A stretch of DNA of 63,206 nt, filler included, from Rhabdomonas costata (GCA_019059605.1; 26 parts of 26 records of this genome joined end to end with filler, not necessarily neighbours in it), one strand, 5' to 3'; shown: positions 46,601 through 60,767, counted from the first letter of the whole stretch. Numbers and translations are program-made. The notes: a model not told the origin generated them from the letters alone.

Positions 46601-48971
46601 GCGAAATCCGAATAAACAGAGTGGTCAGCGACAAGCTCACGATGCTGCAGCTGCCCTGGAACCCATCAGCGCATTGTCAGTACAGATTCCGCATGATGGG
46701 CCTTAACCGCTCGAAGTGCACAAGGGCAAAGGGGAAAAGGACCACAGACGCGGAGTGCAACACTTGGGCTCATCCTCCAACACACCCAGGGCGCGGCAAG
46801 GCATGCCTGAAAGATGAGAAGAGGGTTCCGATCCCGGATGAAGGATCGCGGGAAAAGCGTTGCGAAAACTCATTGGGGTAGAGGGTGGGAAGGGGGGAGG
46901 GGCACGTAAGACAGAATAAGAAGGCAAACATGACAACTGCCGTTCTCAGAAAGGGGTACCATTTCGCACAGGACGGTGAGGAGGCCGCTACCAGGAATGG
47001 AGAGATTCGGGTGGAGGGGATTGGTTCGGCAGAAAAAAAGAGAAGAAGTAACAGAGTGGAGACACGTTCACGGGAGGGGGGGGGCACCGCTTGACCAGGG
47101 CACCGGTGCTCTTCGGGGAGGAAGGACAAAACAGAAAGCCTTTTTCACAACAACCTGCTGAACCACACTCTGGCCCACCGGTCTAAGGTGCAACCATCAT
47201 AGATCAAAATCGGACTGCGCTCTAGCTCTCAGCCGGCATGTGGGGAAAGGCAAGGTCATCAGAACCCGGGAGAGGTGCGATGACTCCTGTCTGTCAACCC
47301 AAGCACGAGCCGAAACGTCTCCTTCGTCGTTACCCGTGGTGGTGCCAGCTCTTCCATTTCGCTCCGCATGCCACGCAGGTGAAGTAGTCATAGCCCTGTA
47401 TTTGTCACCCCATTGCTCTCCATGACACCACCACGAAAACACCCCCTCGCCTTCTCGCGAGACCCCCCCTAATGTTCCCAGCTTGAGTTAGCGTGCACCT
47501 GGAATGAACTGTTCCTATCCAGCAGTTCGGGCCAATGCACTTGTTACCTCCGTGTGTGGGTCCTTGACAGTCCGTTTTCGGTGTAGTTATGCCCCCCTCA
47601 CATTTCGCTCCCTTGAGAGTCCGGATTTTGGTGGGTGGTCGTCTTTCCAACTTTGCCGTGGTGGCCTTACTGATTAAGGGGTTATTAAGAGGTGGGGAGG
47701 GAGGGGAACGATTCCAACTTAGCTGCCAACTCACTTGGGGCTGAAGCAAAATCACTTCCAGAATAAGCGCAAACTCTTGGAGCTTACTTGGAGCCTAAAC
47801 AGCGAATTTCCAGCAGAAACTTTTTAAATTAGGGGAATGTGTGTCCACCTCGCACGTACGCACACACACGGGATCACTTGGGCACCCCTTGGGTGTGTGA
47901 AGGTGTGTGTGGGTGTGGTTTCTGTGCATGTGCCTGTGTGTCTGTTAGCAGGTCTCCAGCGAGTCTCCTATCCAGCCCCCACAGCCGACACCGCTGCGTT
48001 TCTCTGTCTCCGACCTGGGTGATGTGTTGGTTTGGGTGTTAATTTCTGCCTCCGGGAGTTCCGAAGTGGTGGTGGTCACCCTTCTCCTTTCTGGGAGTAT
48101 CGCAAGCGGAAACAGAGGTGGGTTCCTTACTTTGCTCGTTCGCTTTTGCGGGTGCCGTTTGTTTACAAAAAAGCAGTGGCTAACAATGCCTAAAGCCCAC
48201 AGCGATCTTGATCAAAGCCGACGACCGGAAAGGGGCATGGTGAGGAACCCGCCATGGCGGTTCACCTTGCGCTCCCAAATAGCAAACTCACAAATAGGAC
48301 AAACTGTACTAGAGCTGCGGAAAAGGGAAGGACCGTGAAGAGAATATTTTTAAAATAACGGAAAATTTTTTTCCTTGTTTGCGAAAAATCGAATTTTCTC
48401 CAAATTTTCTGAAGTAATCCATAATTCTCCCGATTCTTCGAGTTTCAGAGATGCAGTACTGCCTCGCCAAACCTCGCCAAACCTCCCCTTGCCCTAATGT
48501 ACCACTGAGGTTTAATTCCAAAGGTTCCCACACGTCACGTTCCCGCTACAACTGCCCGGCCTTCGCCCGCGTCCTGCTCATCTGAACAAATCCCAGCTAT
48601 AGGCCACGCNNNNNNNNNNNNNNNNNNNNNNNNNNNNNNNNNNNNNNNNNNNNTTAATTAATTAANNNNNNNNNNNNNNNNNNNNNNNNNNNNNNNNNNN
48701 NNNNNNNNNGGGGGGGTGGTTCCCTACCCGTGCGACAATTGGCCTGGATAATGCACACTGATTCACATAGGCCACTAATGTTCTGTACACAAACGTCTAA
48801 ACTGACCACGCTCTGCCCAGGCGAATGCCATCAGCAAAGAAATCGGCCCCTCATACATACAACATACAATACAGACACAGTCCAGACTTTCTACGTTGAT
48901 TCTCCCAGAACGTGGCAAGAAATGATGGGAATGAGCCTAGGGGGGTGAGGGGGAGAAGTAGGAGAGCCAAC

Positions 48972-49756
48972 CGCGTGCGAGATCTGCACTAGGGCGGCGG
49001 CGCCGCCGCCATGGATCGCCGCGCACAGCACCTGGTGCATGGGCAGCTCCCATCGACGAAAACGGGGGCTGCCCAAGCCCCACTGTCCCGAAGTGTTTGG
49101 CGAGACCCCTGCCGCGAACACGCACTTACACATAACCCAATCAACCAATCAAGCGAACCAATGAGGAAGCACTCATAAAGCACACAACGCGCAAAAATAA
49201 CAAAAACACATGACGTGAGTTTACGGGGTGTGGCGGTGCAGGCACGAACGACGACGCACAAACATACACAAATACACATATGCATATGCTCATACACGAC
49301 CGTGGCCCAAAACGGACATTGGTTGGCAATGCAAAATGCTAAACGAAACGGTCGCGAAGTCAGAGGGAGGTCAAGACGAAGCCCGGATTTGATCCTAGAC
49401 CTCCAAATTTGACTCCAGCTTACGCCCTTACAGCAACCAAAGAAAGGCCCTCTGCACTCTGTACATACCGCACACGCACAAACGCAGTCAGTCCTTTGAC
49501 GCGGCTCGTCTTCACACACACCTTGAGTGACGATCATTCCCACACCCTGCCGAGCCCGCTCCCCATAGAACCGAGCCAGCCAGTCGACCTGCAGCAGACC
49601 CAGCCCGGTCAGTACCGCGGGCATCACCACGCGGTTGCGCAGCTTCAGCGTGCCCAAATTAAAGGGCTGAAACAGTCGCGGGTACACCGCATGGGCCTCA
49701 GCAGAAAACCCCATGCCGCCCGAGGATGAGGACGACGAGGGCCCCGCAGCCGCCAT
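48972..49756 (-). CDS. Old-yellow-enzyme family flavin oxidoreductase, FadH-like 2,4-dienoyl-CoA reductase; exons 49522-49756 and 48972-49108
   Basis: YPRLFQPFNLGTLKLRNRVVMPAVLTGL...LARFYGERARQGVGMIVTQG|VSPN...HQVLCAAIHGGGAAALVQISHA parallels the FadH N-terminus; GT-AG intron joins in frame. Confidence 0.88.
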
Positions 49757-51656
49757 TGGGGCTCAACACTAATTCAGCTGCCTCAGTGACTGTGATGCGG
49801 CAACAGGCACCGTCCACACCGGTTCACGGTTCACGGTTGCGTCACAAGTACACGAAGCTTCTGAAAACCCTTGTTCTTGTGGGAACCCGGAAGGCACAGA
49901 GGGAACGCCACCATGCAGAAGAGAAACCGCGCTCAGGCACAAGTCACGCCCAACACCCCTACAAAGAGCCCGAAGTGAGAGTGGTGGACGAGGGGCACCA
50001 CACAAGACAGCCTCCTTAAAAATACGCGGAGACTCTCCCAACCCCAAAGAATGCATTGGGCGCATATGATATGTCATATGATCAAGGACGCTACCGCACC
50101 TTCCCCACCCAATGCCAACCCCATCACGATGTGTCTCACGGCGGTAGGTACGAGAACGTACGAACGTCAACGAGGCTAGGCTGAAAGACCACAACCCCTG
50201 TGGCCTCAGGTATGCTGCTTAGAAACTGGAACCTAACCGTCATTCGAAACTTTCAAGACCATTTGGACACGGCATTGCCTCACCACCTCCAAAATCGGAA
50301 TGATTTCAGCACATCTTTGCCTCTGACTGTGAACATTCCTTTTGCGATCGAGTTTCCTACTGCTCAGAACCAACCCCAACAATGCAAGCCCACACAAGAT
50401 GGACGTGCTTTAGCCACTCACCGCTCGACGTGGGCACCAGGCAGGCAGGATTCATAACACCATTCCGGTTCACATGAAGAGGAAAATGAAACACCCGCCA
50501 TCAGCACCTCGATTTCCAAGGTTGTGGAGTTCCTTACCAAGACAGAAAGATCCACGTACCAAGCCATTCAGGTTTCTTCCATGCAAATGCGGAAGTAAGC
50601 ACAACTGTGCAAGTATTAGTACTGTTGTTCAAGGCCGCAGTTGGGACACTCAATTCGGGAGATCATGCAGTGTTTCGTGCACGCAAAGCAGTTGGCGCAG
50701 GTCACCGCCTTGGGCTTGCCAAACTCCTTCGCACAGGGTGCGAAGCCGCAGCGGTTGCACGTCGTGGTGAAAGCGTTTTTCTGTAGAACGCGAGCCCACA
50801 CCCACGCTTGCACAGAGGCGGCATACGACATCGGGATGTGCTCGCAACGCTCTGGACACTTCTGATTTTCAAATTACTCCACGACACCAATCGCATTTCG
50901 ACTCAAGGATCTTGGTAAGACAGCACCAAAAGCAAAGCAAAAACAGAAAGGAAGTGGATAGGATAGGATTCCTGCTGGAGGGGGAGGGAACTCCGACCCC
51001 AAAGAAGGGGACAGTGAGACCACCCCTCCTTCCCACCCACCCNNNNNNNNNNNNNNNNNNNNNNNNNNNNNNNNNNNNNNNNNNNNTTAATTAATTAANN
51101 NNNNNNNNNNNNNNNNNNNNNNNNNNNNNNNNNNNNNNNNNNTGTGGGTTTTGACTGGAATCTTTCTGATCTTTCGATCTGTACGAGGGTGCATTTGTGG
51201 GCATCTTCAATCCACTTCGTACTTGCTACTGAATCGAAGGATTGCATATGCGGATCTGAAATGCATTCTCGACGCGGCAAAGGAGGCCGCATGACACCAC
51301 GCCTTTTACGTCCACCTCCACGAGGGCAGTCTAAGTGTGCTTGCGATTCAGGGGACCACAAGACTCGAAATTCAGGATCAAAATCACCATTTCTCTCGCA
51401 TTGAAGAGTCCTCAAACTATATTGTGACATTATCTCCTGCTCGATGTTCCGAGCCCCTGTCCCGAAAGGTGCACGTTGAAAGGCTACTTCAGCAAATTTG
51501 TTCTTGCGCACTTCCAAGCTGGGGATAGTGATAAGTTGAACCGTTGTCGACACAAAACCCGCCTTCATGGAAAGCAGGATGTGCTCGCGTTTTCTGTCAT
51601 TCTGAGTTTACGGTGTGACGTACTTCAGCAAACTAATTCCACTATGCTCCACTCGC

Positions 51657-53066
51657 CTGCATAAGTTGGGCCGCCAGCTCAAGGTCAGTGTGGTTCTTCT
51701 TCTTCAGAAGGTTCATGACCGCCTGCTTGGGGTGACCTTCGACTTCCATGGCCGGATCAGACGCGACTTCAGGCCTGCATCCCAAGCCAAAGAACGGCAA
51801 AAAGCAGCAGGAAGCAACAGCATTACACAATTTCTGCCACAACACCGTCAGAACTCCTTGCAGCTCGATCAATGAAGCTTGCAACTCAATCAGCTCTCAA
51901 GGGTCCAGCTCCTTTTCGCGTTCCGAGAGTATACACCTGCTCGATCTGACAAAGCTTACAATGATGCAGTTTCCTTTTTTTTGGGGGGGGGGGTTTAACG
52001 GGTTACCGTTGTTAAACAATATACTACAATTTTTTTATGCCAAACTATTGGACGTTTTGCAAAGGGGTACCTTTCCTCGGTGCTTCTGGTGTGTTAGAGC
52101 AGGGGTTGCACAAACCTCAATGCTCCATGCGCACCAAAAACGTTCAATTCAATTCAATGTCACCCCCTTCAACGTTCAATGTAATTACATTCGGGCGATG
52201 AGGTCAAAAATCCTCAAAGTTCGTTTTCAGCCAAAACCCCTAAACCTCAAAGTTCAATCCAACAAAAGAGTTCCAAGTTCGAAGTTCAATGCAACTCTGG
52301 TTAGAGACCGACTTCGGTGAACAGTTCTCCGGAGATGCCACACATAATGACGGAGTTATTTTAGTGGCGAGTTGCCTGGGGGGACGGCGGGAGTTTTCGT
52401 CGTAATGCGCCCCAAAAGCGATGGTGGCGGAGCCTACCAGAATAATTTTGAACATCATCGTTCAACGTCGTTAACCCCTGCAAACTCTGAGTTGCGTGGA
52501 CTGAAATCGCAGCAAAGCAAAAAGAACATCAGCCCGCGTGTAAGCTTTGTTTTTTGAAAGCGAGGTTGTTTCAGTCTTGACCTCAATAGGACTTTTGGGC
52601 AAGGCAAGTTACATCCCGAAACTCAGAATTTAGTATGTTACGAGTTTCCAATTGAAGTCCCGGGAACGCTATAAAATGCCGGGATGCATACGATATGTTT
52701 TCAACGTTTTCATGCTACTGAGGCTAACGTTTTCTGAGTTTACGGTGTAATGTGCTATAGAAAGAGTTTCAGGGCTGAGAGAGTGGGCGGAAACATCCAT
52801 ATCGACGCATGTGGTTGGACATCAAAGATCAAGGCGGAAGCACAAGATGATAAAGCACAAGATTCACCAGATATCATTTGCAGCAGTGTCCAGGAGCTCC
52901 ACCCAGGAGGGCCCCTTGGCGGGGGCACAGAATCCGGCGCCCAGGAAGGCCACACAGTTGCGATGCGCGATCTCCTTCAGGAGGTGGGGGTGCTGGCGGA
53001 CCAGCTCGTCCGAGTCGAAGCACGGGAAGGGGTACCGAATCACCAGCCTCACCGCGGACCACTTTT
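51657..53066 (-). CDS. SIR2-like (SIR2_2-type) domain protein; exons 52868-53066 and 51657-51774
   Basis: HLLKEIAHRNCVAFLGAGFCAPAKGPSWVELL is the GAG Rossmann start with the PxW..LL signature; the next exon ends NLLKKKNHTDLELAAQLMQ at a CAG|GCGAGT donor. Confidence 0.75.
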
Positions 53067-54399
53067 CTGGGAGCACCCACCCATGTCATGCCATGCCATG
53101 CCGGCACAAAGCCACCGCCCGTTACTCGCAAAATATCTTGCTTAATTTGCTTTCACCTCTGGACAGCCAAGGAAATTCGTAAATTCGCAAACGACGCTTT
53201 TTCTCTGCATTTCCATGTTTGCAGTGGTGTATTTCCCCTCCATTACTTTTTCCCATGTGATCCCCAGGATTAGCACATCAAAGGCTTCCCACATTTCCAT
53301 ACAGGAACTAGAGAGAAAAGTAGTGAGCTCATATATGCAAGGCTCTTTTCAGGCTCTTTTCCACGGGTTCTTTCCGCAAAATATGCGCGTGCCGAGTCCA
53401 ACCAAAAGCCAGAACCCCACCGGCACCCAGCCCCACGGGTCACGTTCAGATAAAGAACGGCTTTCCAACAACCACANNNNNNNNNNNNNNNNNNNNNNNN
53501 NNNNNNNNNNNNNNNNNNNNTTAATTAATTAANNNNNNNNNNNNNNNNNNNNNNNNNNNNNNNNNNNNNNNNNNNNTGTTTTGTTTTGCAACATAAAAAC
53601 ATCTCAATACACTTCACGAGCTGTCCATGTCGTAGAATGCACTCGTAGATCACAATTTGCACTCTATTGAATGCATGGCATCCTATAAACCCGGCACATT
53701 CAATAAGCAAGTATATTGGAAATGTGTATCGCCTGTAAACACTATGCGTGTACACATGGAGCCGCAACCGGTAATCAACGTCCGACAGTATACGAAGAGT
53801 GGAACTCAAGTAATGATCAAGTAATAGAAGTGTTGCCACCACGCACTCACTTGGCTGTGCCAGACTCCCGGATGTATGTCACACTTCCTGCGGCGGTCTG
53901 GCAAAACACGCCTCCGCGGAGACCCTTGGTTTATTATCGTATTTAGCCTCAACTCGCGCGCGACGAGAAAGATAGAAACCGCACGCATCCAAAACTCTGG
54001 CAAAGCGCATATCGTAGCTATTAAATCTTCAACGTTTGGGCAACTGATTAGAACATTACCATGTTAATTCAAGGTGTGACGCATTAGGACATCGGCTGGC
54101 GAACGGCACACCGCCTTATAGGATTTGGTGGAGGAGTGACCCCAAAAATATTAACAATCAAAATATATAATTTGGTTTCAGCACAAAATCAACACACACA
54201 CACCTATTCAAAACGCACAAGCCAACGGCAAGGCAACTGTAGGAAGGGCTTTTTTGTTGACATTCCCGCGCCGGTACCACCTACACCTGTGGGCGTAATC
54301 TTTTGCCCAAAAGATCTTGACATTACACACCTGGACATTGTGACAGACTTGCTTGTTGCTGCCATTTTTTCTGCCTGCATCATGCTACCCCGCGGAGTA

Positions 54400-55040
54400 T
54401 GTAACAGCAGTACTAGACCTCTGGCTGCGCCAATGTGCACTTCTCGGTTCCTGCAAAGAAGCGCTCCTCACGAGGCTTGTCGTACACCTGCCTCAATGCC
54501 ACCAAATGCTCCTCCATAGTCTTGGAGTAGACCAAGATGTCGTCGATGTAGGATCCTGCAATCTTCCTCATCTTTTGGAAGATGACGTTCATCATATTCT
54601 GTGGCATTTCAGAGTCCAAACGGCATGACCTGGTAGGCAAATGTGCATGCTGTGCGATCCACATGGACTGTCTGGACCAGTTCTGGTGGAAGTCAGAGTG
54701 CAGGTCAAGCTTGGAGAAGAAGCAGCTATCTCCAACTTGATCAAGAATCTCGTCGATTGGAATGGGGTAATTGTACACCAGGGTCATCTTGTTTATGGGT
54801 AGGTATGTCCATCATGATCCGTAGCTTCCCGTTGGCTTTCTGGACAAAAATGTTCCTGATCCGTATGGGGACGTGACTTTCTTGATGTAATGATGGTCAG
54901 GCAAGTCCTTCAGATGATTCTGTAACTTTGCATCTTCGCTGGGGGCCAATCTTTACATGCGTGGAGATGGGATGCGAATTTCTCTTGGAAGTCAATGCTG
55001 TGATAGGTAGGACGAGCTGGTGGTAACCCTGGGGCAGCTT
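54400..55040 (-). mobile_element. Degenerate Ty3/gypsy reverse transcriptase
   Basis: LPPARPTYHSID, FVQKANGKLRIMMD, YPIPIDEILDQVGDSCFFSKLDLHSDFHQ, YIDDILVYSKTMEEHLVALRQV, EKC; frameshifted. Confidence 0.92.
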
Positions 55041-55412
55041 CTCTTGATCAGCTCCTGAATGTCATTGCGCGCAGCTTCTTCCGCTTCCACATCCTTTCGG
55101 GTCGGCGACAAGCAGCGCACGCATGTAACGATCAGAAGGTTCCACCTCTTCCAGACTGTGGAGAGCAGACATGAAGGAGATGATGACTTGACTGGTTACC
55201 TTGATACCTTGAATAGAGCAGTACAAAATTGCTTGAAATGGCAACCTGGGATATATATGTGAAAGCATTTTCCAATTCCGGAGCGGCCAAAATTGAAGAT
55301 GCCGCATGCCGTTTGTCCAACTGCAGTGTGACGTCGGCTTCGTGGTCGATCAGTTCTGTGGTTAGCTGCTATGAAACACCAGGAGCGGCATGTGGTTCCA
55401 AAAACGAACCAG

Positions 55413-55845
55413 CTCCATAGGATCCAAACCCACCTTCACCTCGCACACTCACCGGCAGTTGTGGAACAGAGCGCACTGGTGGTGTATCAAGGTAATCTAA
55501 CAGCAATTGCGCCACACAATCACACTTTTTGACGTATTAGTCACTAATTCCGTGGTTGAAAAGCAAGATCCTCACATTACCTTGGTAGTCAGGATCAATT
55601 ACTCCCGCTCCAACCGAGATGTGGTGCTTCCAGGCCAAATCAATGCGCAGGGCAATGCGTCTATACATGCCTGTAGGAATGGCAAAGGCCAAGTCTGTGG
55701 GAATGAGCGCATTGTCTCCAGCTGCAATGACCACATCTTCTGCACTGGCCATTTCAAAACCTGCAGCACAAGGGTTCATAGGCGCGGCAAAACAGTCTTG
55801 ATTCTGAGACATTTTACCAGCAGAGGTTCCATCTATGAAACGCAA
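55413..55845 (-). pseudogene. dUTPase domain within the retrotransposon pol region (one in-frame stop at 55537-55539)
   Basis: Motifs AAGFEM, RIALR, GAGVIDPDYQGNV, VAQL and RGEGGFGSYG in one frame; same strand and ~400 nt upstream of the RT. Confidence 0.9.
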
Positions 55846-58439
55846 ACCTTCTACTGAGCAGCCGGATTGGTTCCTATCAAGTAAGGGAATGAATCATGAT
55901 CCACAACACNNNNNNNNNNNNNNNNNNNNNNNNNNNNNNNNNNNNNNNNNNNNTTAATTAATTAANNNNNNNNNNNNNNNNNNNNNNNNNNNNNNNNNNN
56001 NNNNNNNNNTGTTTTTGGTGTCAGGCATAACGGGATCTCTAGGTGTTTTCCGAGGAACGAATTGCGGACTCGGACCTATATAAGTGCAATCTTGGGGCAA
56101 TGTTGCTCTTGGCAGCGCTCCGCCCGCCCGGTAGGAGTAAACATGATGCTATCCGCGGCTACGCTTTTTTATTGCATTCTCAAGATGTGGAAAACTAGCA
56201 GTCTGAAAACCTCTGAAACCCATTCGGTTAGCGTGGACACTTCTGTTTGATTGAAGACGGCTGCAGTGAGAAGTCTTCAGATCTGTTTATAATAGCTTAA
56301 CCACCAAAATCCGAGCTCACAAACACCACACACTTGGTAGGTCCTGCTCGTCAAACAGAGGGAATTAGAGCAACATCAGATCAGGGTGTGACCGGGCAAT
56401 GAAAAAGTGAATGCATCAGAATCACGCCGGCGGGTTCAAGACGGGGGAGGCCCTCCTTTTATTTCATCCTCACCGAGTCACTCTCACAACTCCCGTAATT
56501 CTCGCGCACCTTGCTTGTATTGCTGCTTTTCTACCACGTTCAGTGCATTTATGTCTATATTTTGTCCATGCACACCAAAAATGTGCGGTCAGTTGATTCG
56601 ATGTTGTGGTATCGAGCTCTTCCCTGACAACCATCACAGCGGACATGCCTTTGAAGCTGCCAACTTTCCATTCCTTTCGAAATAAATGAACCATGAAAAC
56701 AAGAATGTTACCAGCAAATCTTCTTCGGGGATCTTGAATCACACTGGCGCTGCAAGTGGCCGTGGCAACTCTTTCTTTCTGAATATTGCTCAGCAGAAAT
56801 CCCGAGCACCAAACTCATTGTTATACCAAAGTACCATTGCACTTTGGTATACAGTATCAGCGCTCTGGACCTCTTGTTTTTTCCTATAATTCTAATATTC
56901 AAGGCAAAGCCAAATTTAAGCTATCGTTTACATTCTGACTTTAATTTTGCCAAACCGCGGTGTCTCTTGTGATCTCATCGATTTATCACCTCAGTTTCCC
57001 CCCGATGGCCTCCTCTTCTCCAAGACTGTTTAAACCTGAAGGGCTCTTGGGCGAATGACCCCTTGGAAACAAGAAGCAATGGGCAATGGTGTAAATATCA
57101 GCCAAACAGCAATTTCACGAGGCCTTTTTTGTATTTGTGTTATCCCCGCTTTTCTTCATCAGTATCTAAAAAACATTGTGGCAACATTTTAACTGATATA
57201 TCTGGTGGATTACGTGGGTATGACAAGCGAGAAGTTACCTAGGTGACGAGAGGTGGAAGCAAGAATTCAAGAGTGGAACCAGAGTCAGGGAATGCGTGGA
57301 TTCGGAGGCGGAGACTGTGCGTGAGACCGAGGGGTGGAAGTTGAGGATGTGGATCAAGAGAGATATCTTTGTTTCATAAGGTTTCAGAATGAGATTCAGG
57401 TCAGCGAGGAGACAAGGAAGCCCATCAAGCCCAAGGTCTTTGAGATCAAGGAGATCAAGGAGGAGAGAGCAACCAAAAGGAAAACCATACCGAAAGAAGG
57501 AGAAGAGCCCGCGGAAGGCGGAGGGTGCCAATACCGCTTTCTTTATATATCTTTCAAGGGGCTTTGCTTTTGCTGTTGCAAACTGCTGGTGGACAATGCG
57601 GGAAATTGTGAATCGTGGTTGTTTCACCTCAATTCTTAAAGGCAGAAAGAGAAAGGAAGGAGGCAAGGTGGTGTTCAGGGGCATGAAATGCTGGCTGTCC
57701 CCCGGATTTTTCAGCAAGAACCGCCTTTTTTCCCTCAGGAAACGCGAACGCTTCGTGCACACAGTCGTGCCAGACTTCCCTGGCAAGGCAAAATGGCCAA
57801 CCAAAGCTCAAAGTCGAGAACTCCGTAAACTCCGTTCTGGGTTTTGGGTTTTTGGTGCTACTGGTCTTGCTCGCTGGTTTGCCATGTGTCCGGCCTTGTT
57901 TTGTGTTGGTGTTTGCTTTGTTCGCGCTCTTGTTTGCGTGCCGTGTTGTAACTTTTCGGCGCGTCAGGCAGATTACCGGTTTTCGGCACAGGTAAAAAGA
58001 GCAACGAGATATCACAGACAGAACCGTTCAAGAACCGTCCGCTCAAACAAGTCAAAACCTACCCTTCCAATATGCTCCGTCGGGCAAATGCGCCCTTGGA
58101 GAACAAGATAACTTCAGTATTGGGACGCTCGGCCATTCCGGCGGTGAGGGTTTTGACCAGACTTTACGGTAGGAAAGCGCCACCGTCCTTCAACAAACGC
58201 AGATTGTGCCAATCAAGCAAGGGGCAGAAGCAGCACCACTAAGCAATTAACCGATCCAATGAGCACCCAAGCGCACGCCACTTTCCACCCAGGCGGCTGT
58301 GAGGCATTCAAACCAACTTCCCAGCGCCCACCCCAACCCNNNNNNNNNNNNNNNNNNNNNNNNNNNNNNNNNNNNNNNNNNNNTTAATTAATTAANNNNN
58401 NNNNNNNNNNNNNNNNNNNNNNNNNNNNNNNNNNNNNNN

Positions 58440-60059
58440 TTTTGTTGGGCAGCATCAACGTGCGCCCTTCTTCGTCCTCCGCAAAGGGAGGCAGCACGGG
58501 GTCCGTGGGCAGCCCCAGCACGGGCGGGACCACAACAATGGACAGCACAAACAGCAGTTGGAGCGGCACCCTGGGCACCACCCCCACTCCTTTGGGGGGC
58601 CTGGCCGGTCACCGTGGTGGTCTCACCCGTGCGGTACAGGTCCGAGCCCAAGTCCCTCTTCCCCCTCGTTCGTGCGCCGAGTGGGGAGCAACCAATTTCA
58701 CGCTGAACAGGGCAGATGTGTGGAACGAATCTCTTGGTGTAATACGAGTGAGTAAAACAGATAAAATTTGAGGTTTACAAATTGAAACGAAGTTTTTCTT
58801 GCGAATTCTTTACGGATCAAAGGGGAAAATTCGAGTCTGTGAGTTCCCTGCCTCATAATGGAACTGGAGGCGTTTCAAAACTTAGGTGTGGGTTTTTGAC
58901 TTCATTTCTCTGCTCTGACAAATAACGGTACCTCTGTCTTGAGCACACACATATGCATACACTTCAGGGAGCCTCCGCCGCGATGGCCTCTTCGGTGCTG
59001 CGAGAGGACTGCGGGCTGTTGCTGGGACGGGGGCTGCTAGGCTCGCCAACTACCGCTTCGGGGGAGATGGCCCCGACCAGCTCTGCTGCCGCGGGAATCC
59101 CGGGGATGTCCTTACCCCCGACAGCGTCCGGTGTTTTTTTTTTTGGAGTTGTTCCGGCGCACGTCTCCTCTCCCGGCCCTTCATGGGCTTTTACCTTTTG
59201 GTTCTTTGATTGTGGAGGGAGGAGGGTTTGCTTTACGTAATCTTTCTTTATTAGTTGGCAACTGCTTGCTCGCAGCAACCCTGGTGAGGTACAGAATGCG
59301 CATCGTGGGCTGATGTGTGTGTATAGTCGTCCAGGCCAAGTGCTTAAAGTGTATGTGTGTGTGCCGGCGGTGGAACAGGCGCAGTACGGTGCTACACAAG
59401 AGGGAGTGAGGAAGCAAGGCTGAGGCCCCACGAGACAAGAAGAGAAGCCCGGGCAAGCGGAGAGTCCGGATGGCATCAGGGACATTTTAAGGCAACCAAG
59501 CGCGTCCACCAGGAAACGGGGTCCAAACCCAGAGTGGGGTTGAGGACCCAAGCCCACAAAGGCAGTCGCGCCCAAGGGGCAGCTTACGAGCGCGGAAGGT
59601 TGGGTACCCATAAAGAGATCTCTAAGCCCGCCAATTGGAGTTCCCAAGGCGTACATTATGGATCGGGGGTCAGATAAAAGATAAGAGAGAGGGACAAGGT
59701 TATGTGGACTAATGAGGGGGTGAGGCCCGATGTGCCCAACGTGCTCCATCGAAAGTTGGGAGCCCCATTGGGGGGAAGTGGACCTCGAGTCCTCCCCAGA
59801 AAAAATCACCCTGGTCAAGTGCACCATGTGTGTTTTTGTGTTTGCCAGAGTCACCAGCTGTGGCTGGTATTTCTGTTTGCCCCCTAGGTGCCCCCTAGGT
59901 GCGGTTTTGTTTGCAGGGGAACCGCTCGCACTTTCGGCTCTGGGGGGCATCCCGACGATGGGCTCTGGAGGAGTGGGGACGCAGTCCGAGACGGCTTCGA
60001 CAGTCTCAGTGACCTACACCGCTGCCCTACAGCCTGTGCACTGGGAGGCCCTCCAAGAA
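58440..60059 (+). CDS. Hypothetical S/T/G-rich protein; exons 58440-58639, 58968-59130, 59917-60059
   Basis: Three GC-rich exons with phase-compatible GT-AG boundaries; no family recognised. Confidence 0.5.
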
Positions 60060-60622
60060 GTGAGGTAGGGGCTTCGTTACCTATTTCGTTGCCCCTGTTT
60101 CTGAGACACTATAAGCCCAAAGGGAAAACGGCGCATTGCCCTTGGCCAGGGATTTTCTGTGTGGCGGCACAGAGGGAGAGTAGGATCCTTCACCTGCGCA
60201 AGGAACCAGACATGAGGTAGGTGCGTGAAAGATTCCCGGGAAGGTGGATGAACGTCGTGGGCATTTTGATGTCCAGAATCCCCAATCGCTGAGAATGTTG
60301 TGGTGGAAACGAGGGGGGGGGGGCCTGTAATTTCTGTTCTCAATTTTGACCGGAACGAAAGGCAGAAGAGTATCGAAGAAGTCGGAAACTGAGCAAATCG
60401 TGCCCACCTCACCCAACGTTTTTATTCCGGCGTTTTTGGTGGAGGTTTTTTGGACTTTTTTCTTGGAGTGCTGGGTCCCTATTATGCCCTTGCTTTTCGG
60501 TGTCATTGGTTTGTTTTCTATGGCGGGATGGAAGGTCGTTATTCCTACTGGCAGAGAAAGTCAGGGCAACGCAGACAGCAAAGGGCGGGTCTGCCCTGAT
60601 AACAGCTCTTCTTTGGGAAATA

Positions 60623-60767
60623 GTTTCCGTTTTGGCCACCCACCCTCCCTCAGGAATGCTGCCAAGCTGCTGCCGCTGCTCGCGCACGCCTCCCACGTGA
60701 AGGTTTCCCTGCTGCGGCAGCAGCTTGGCAGCATTCCTGAGGGAGGGTGGGTGGCCAAAACGGAAAC
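60623..60767. repeat. Perfect 54-bp inverted repeat at contig end (probable amplification fold-back)
   Basis: Arms 60623-60676 and 60714-60767. Confidence 0.9.

Noticed and set aside
14623-53066. AAA+ ATPase, PARP, SIR2 and viral DNA as one clustered defence system
   Set aside because: They lie on separate contigs concatenated by size, so co-occurrence here carries no linkage information.
58964-59950. 328-aa minus-strand ORF
   Set aside because: No domain signal, and it spans an intron and exons of a better-supported plus-strand gene.
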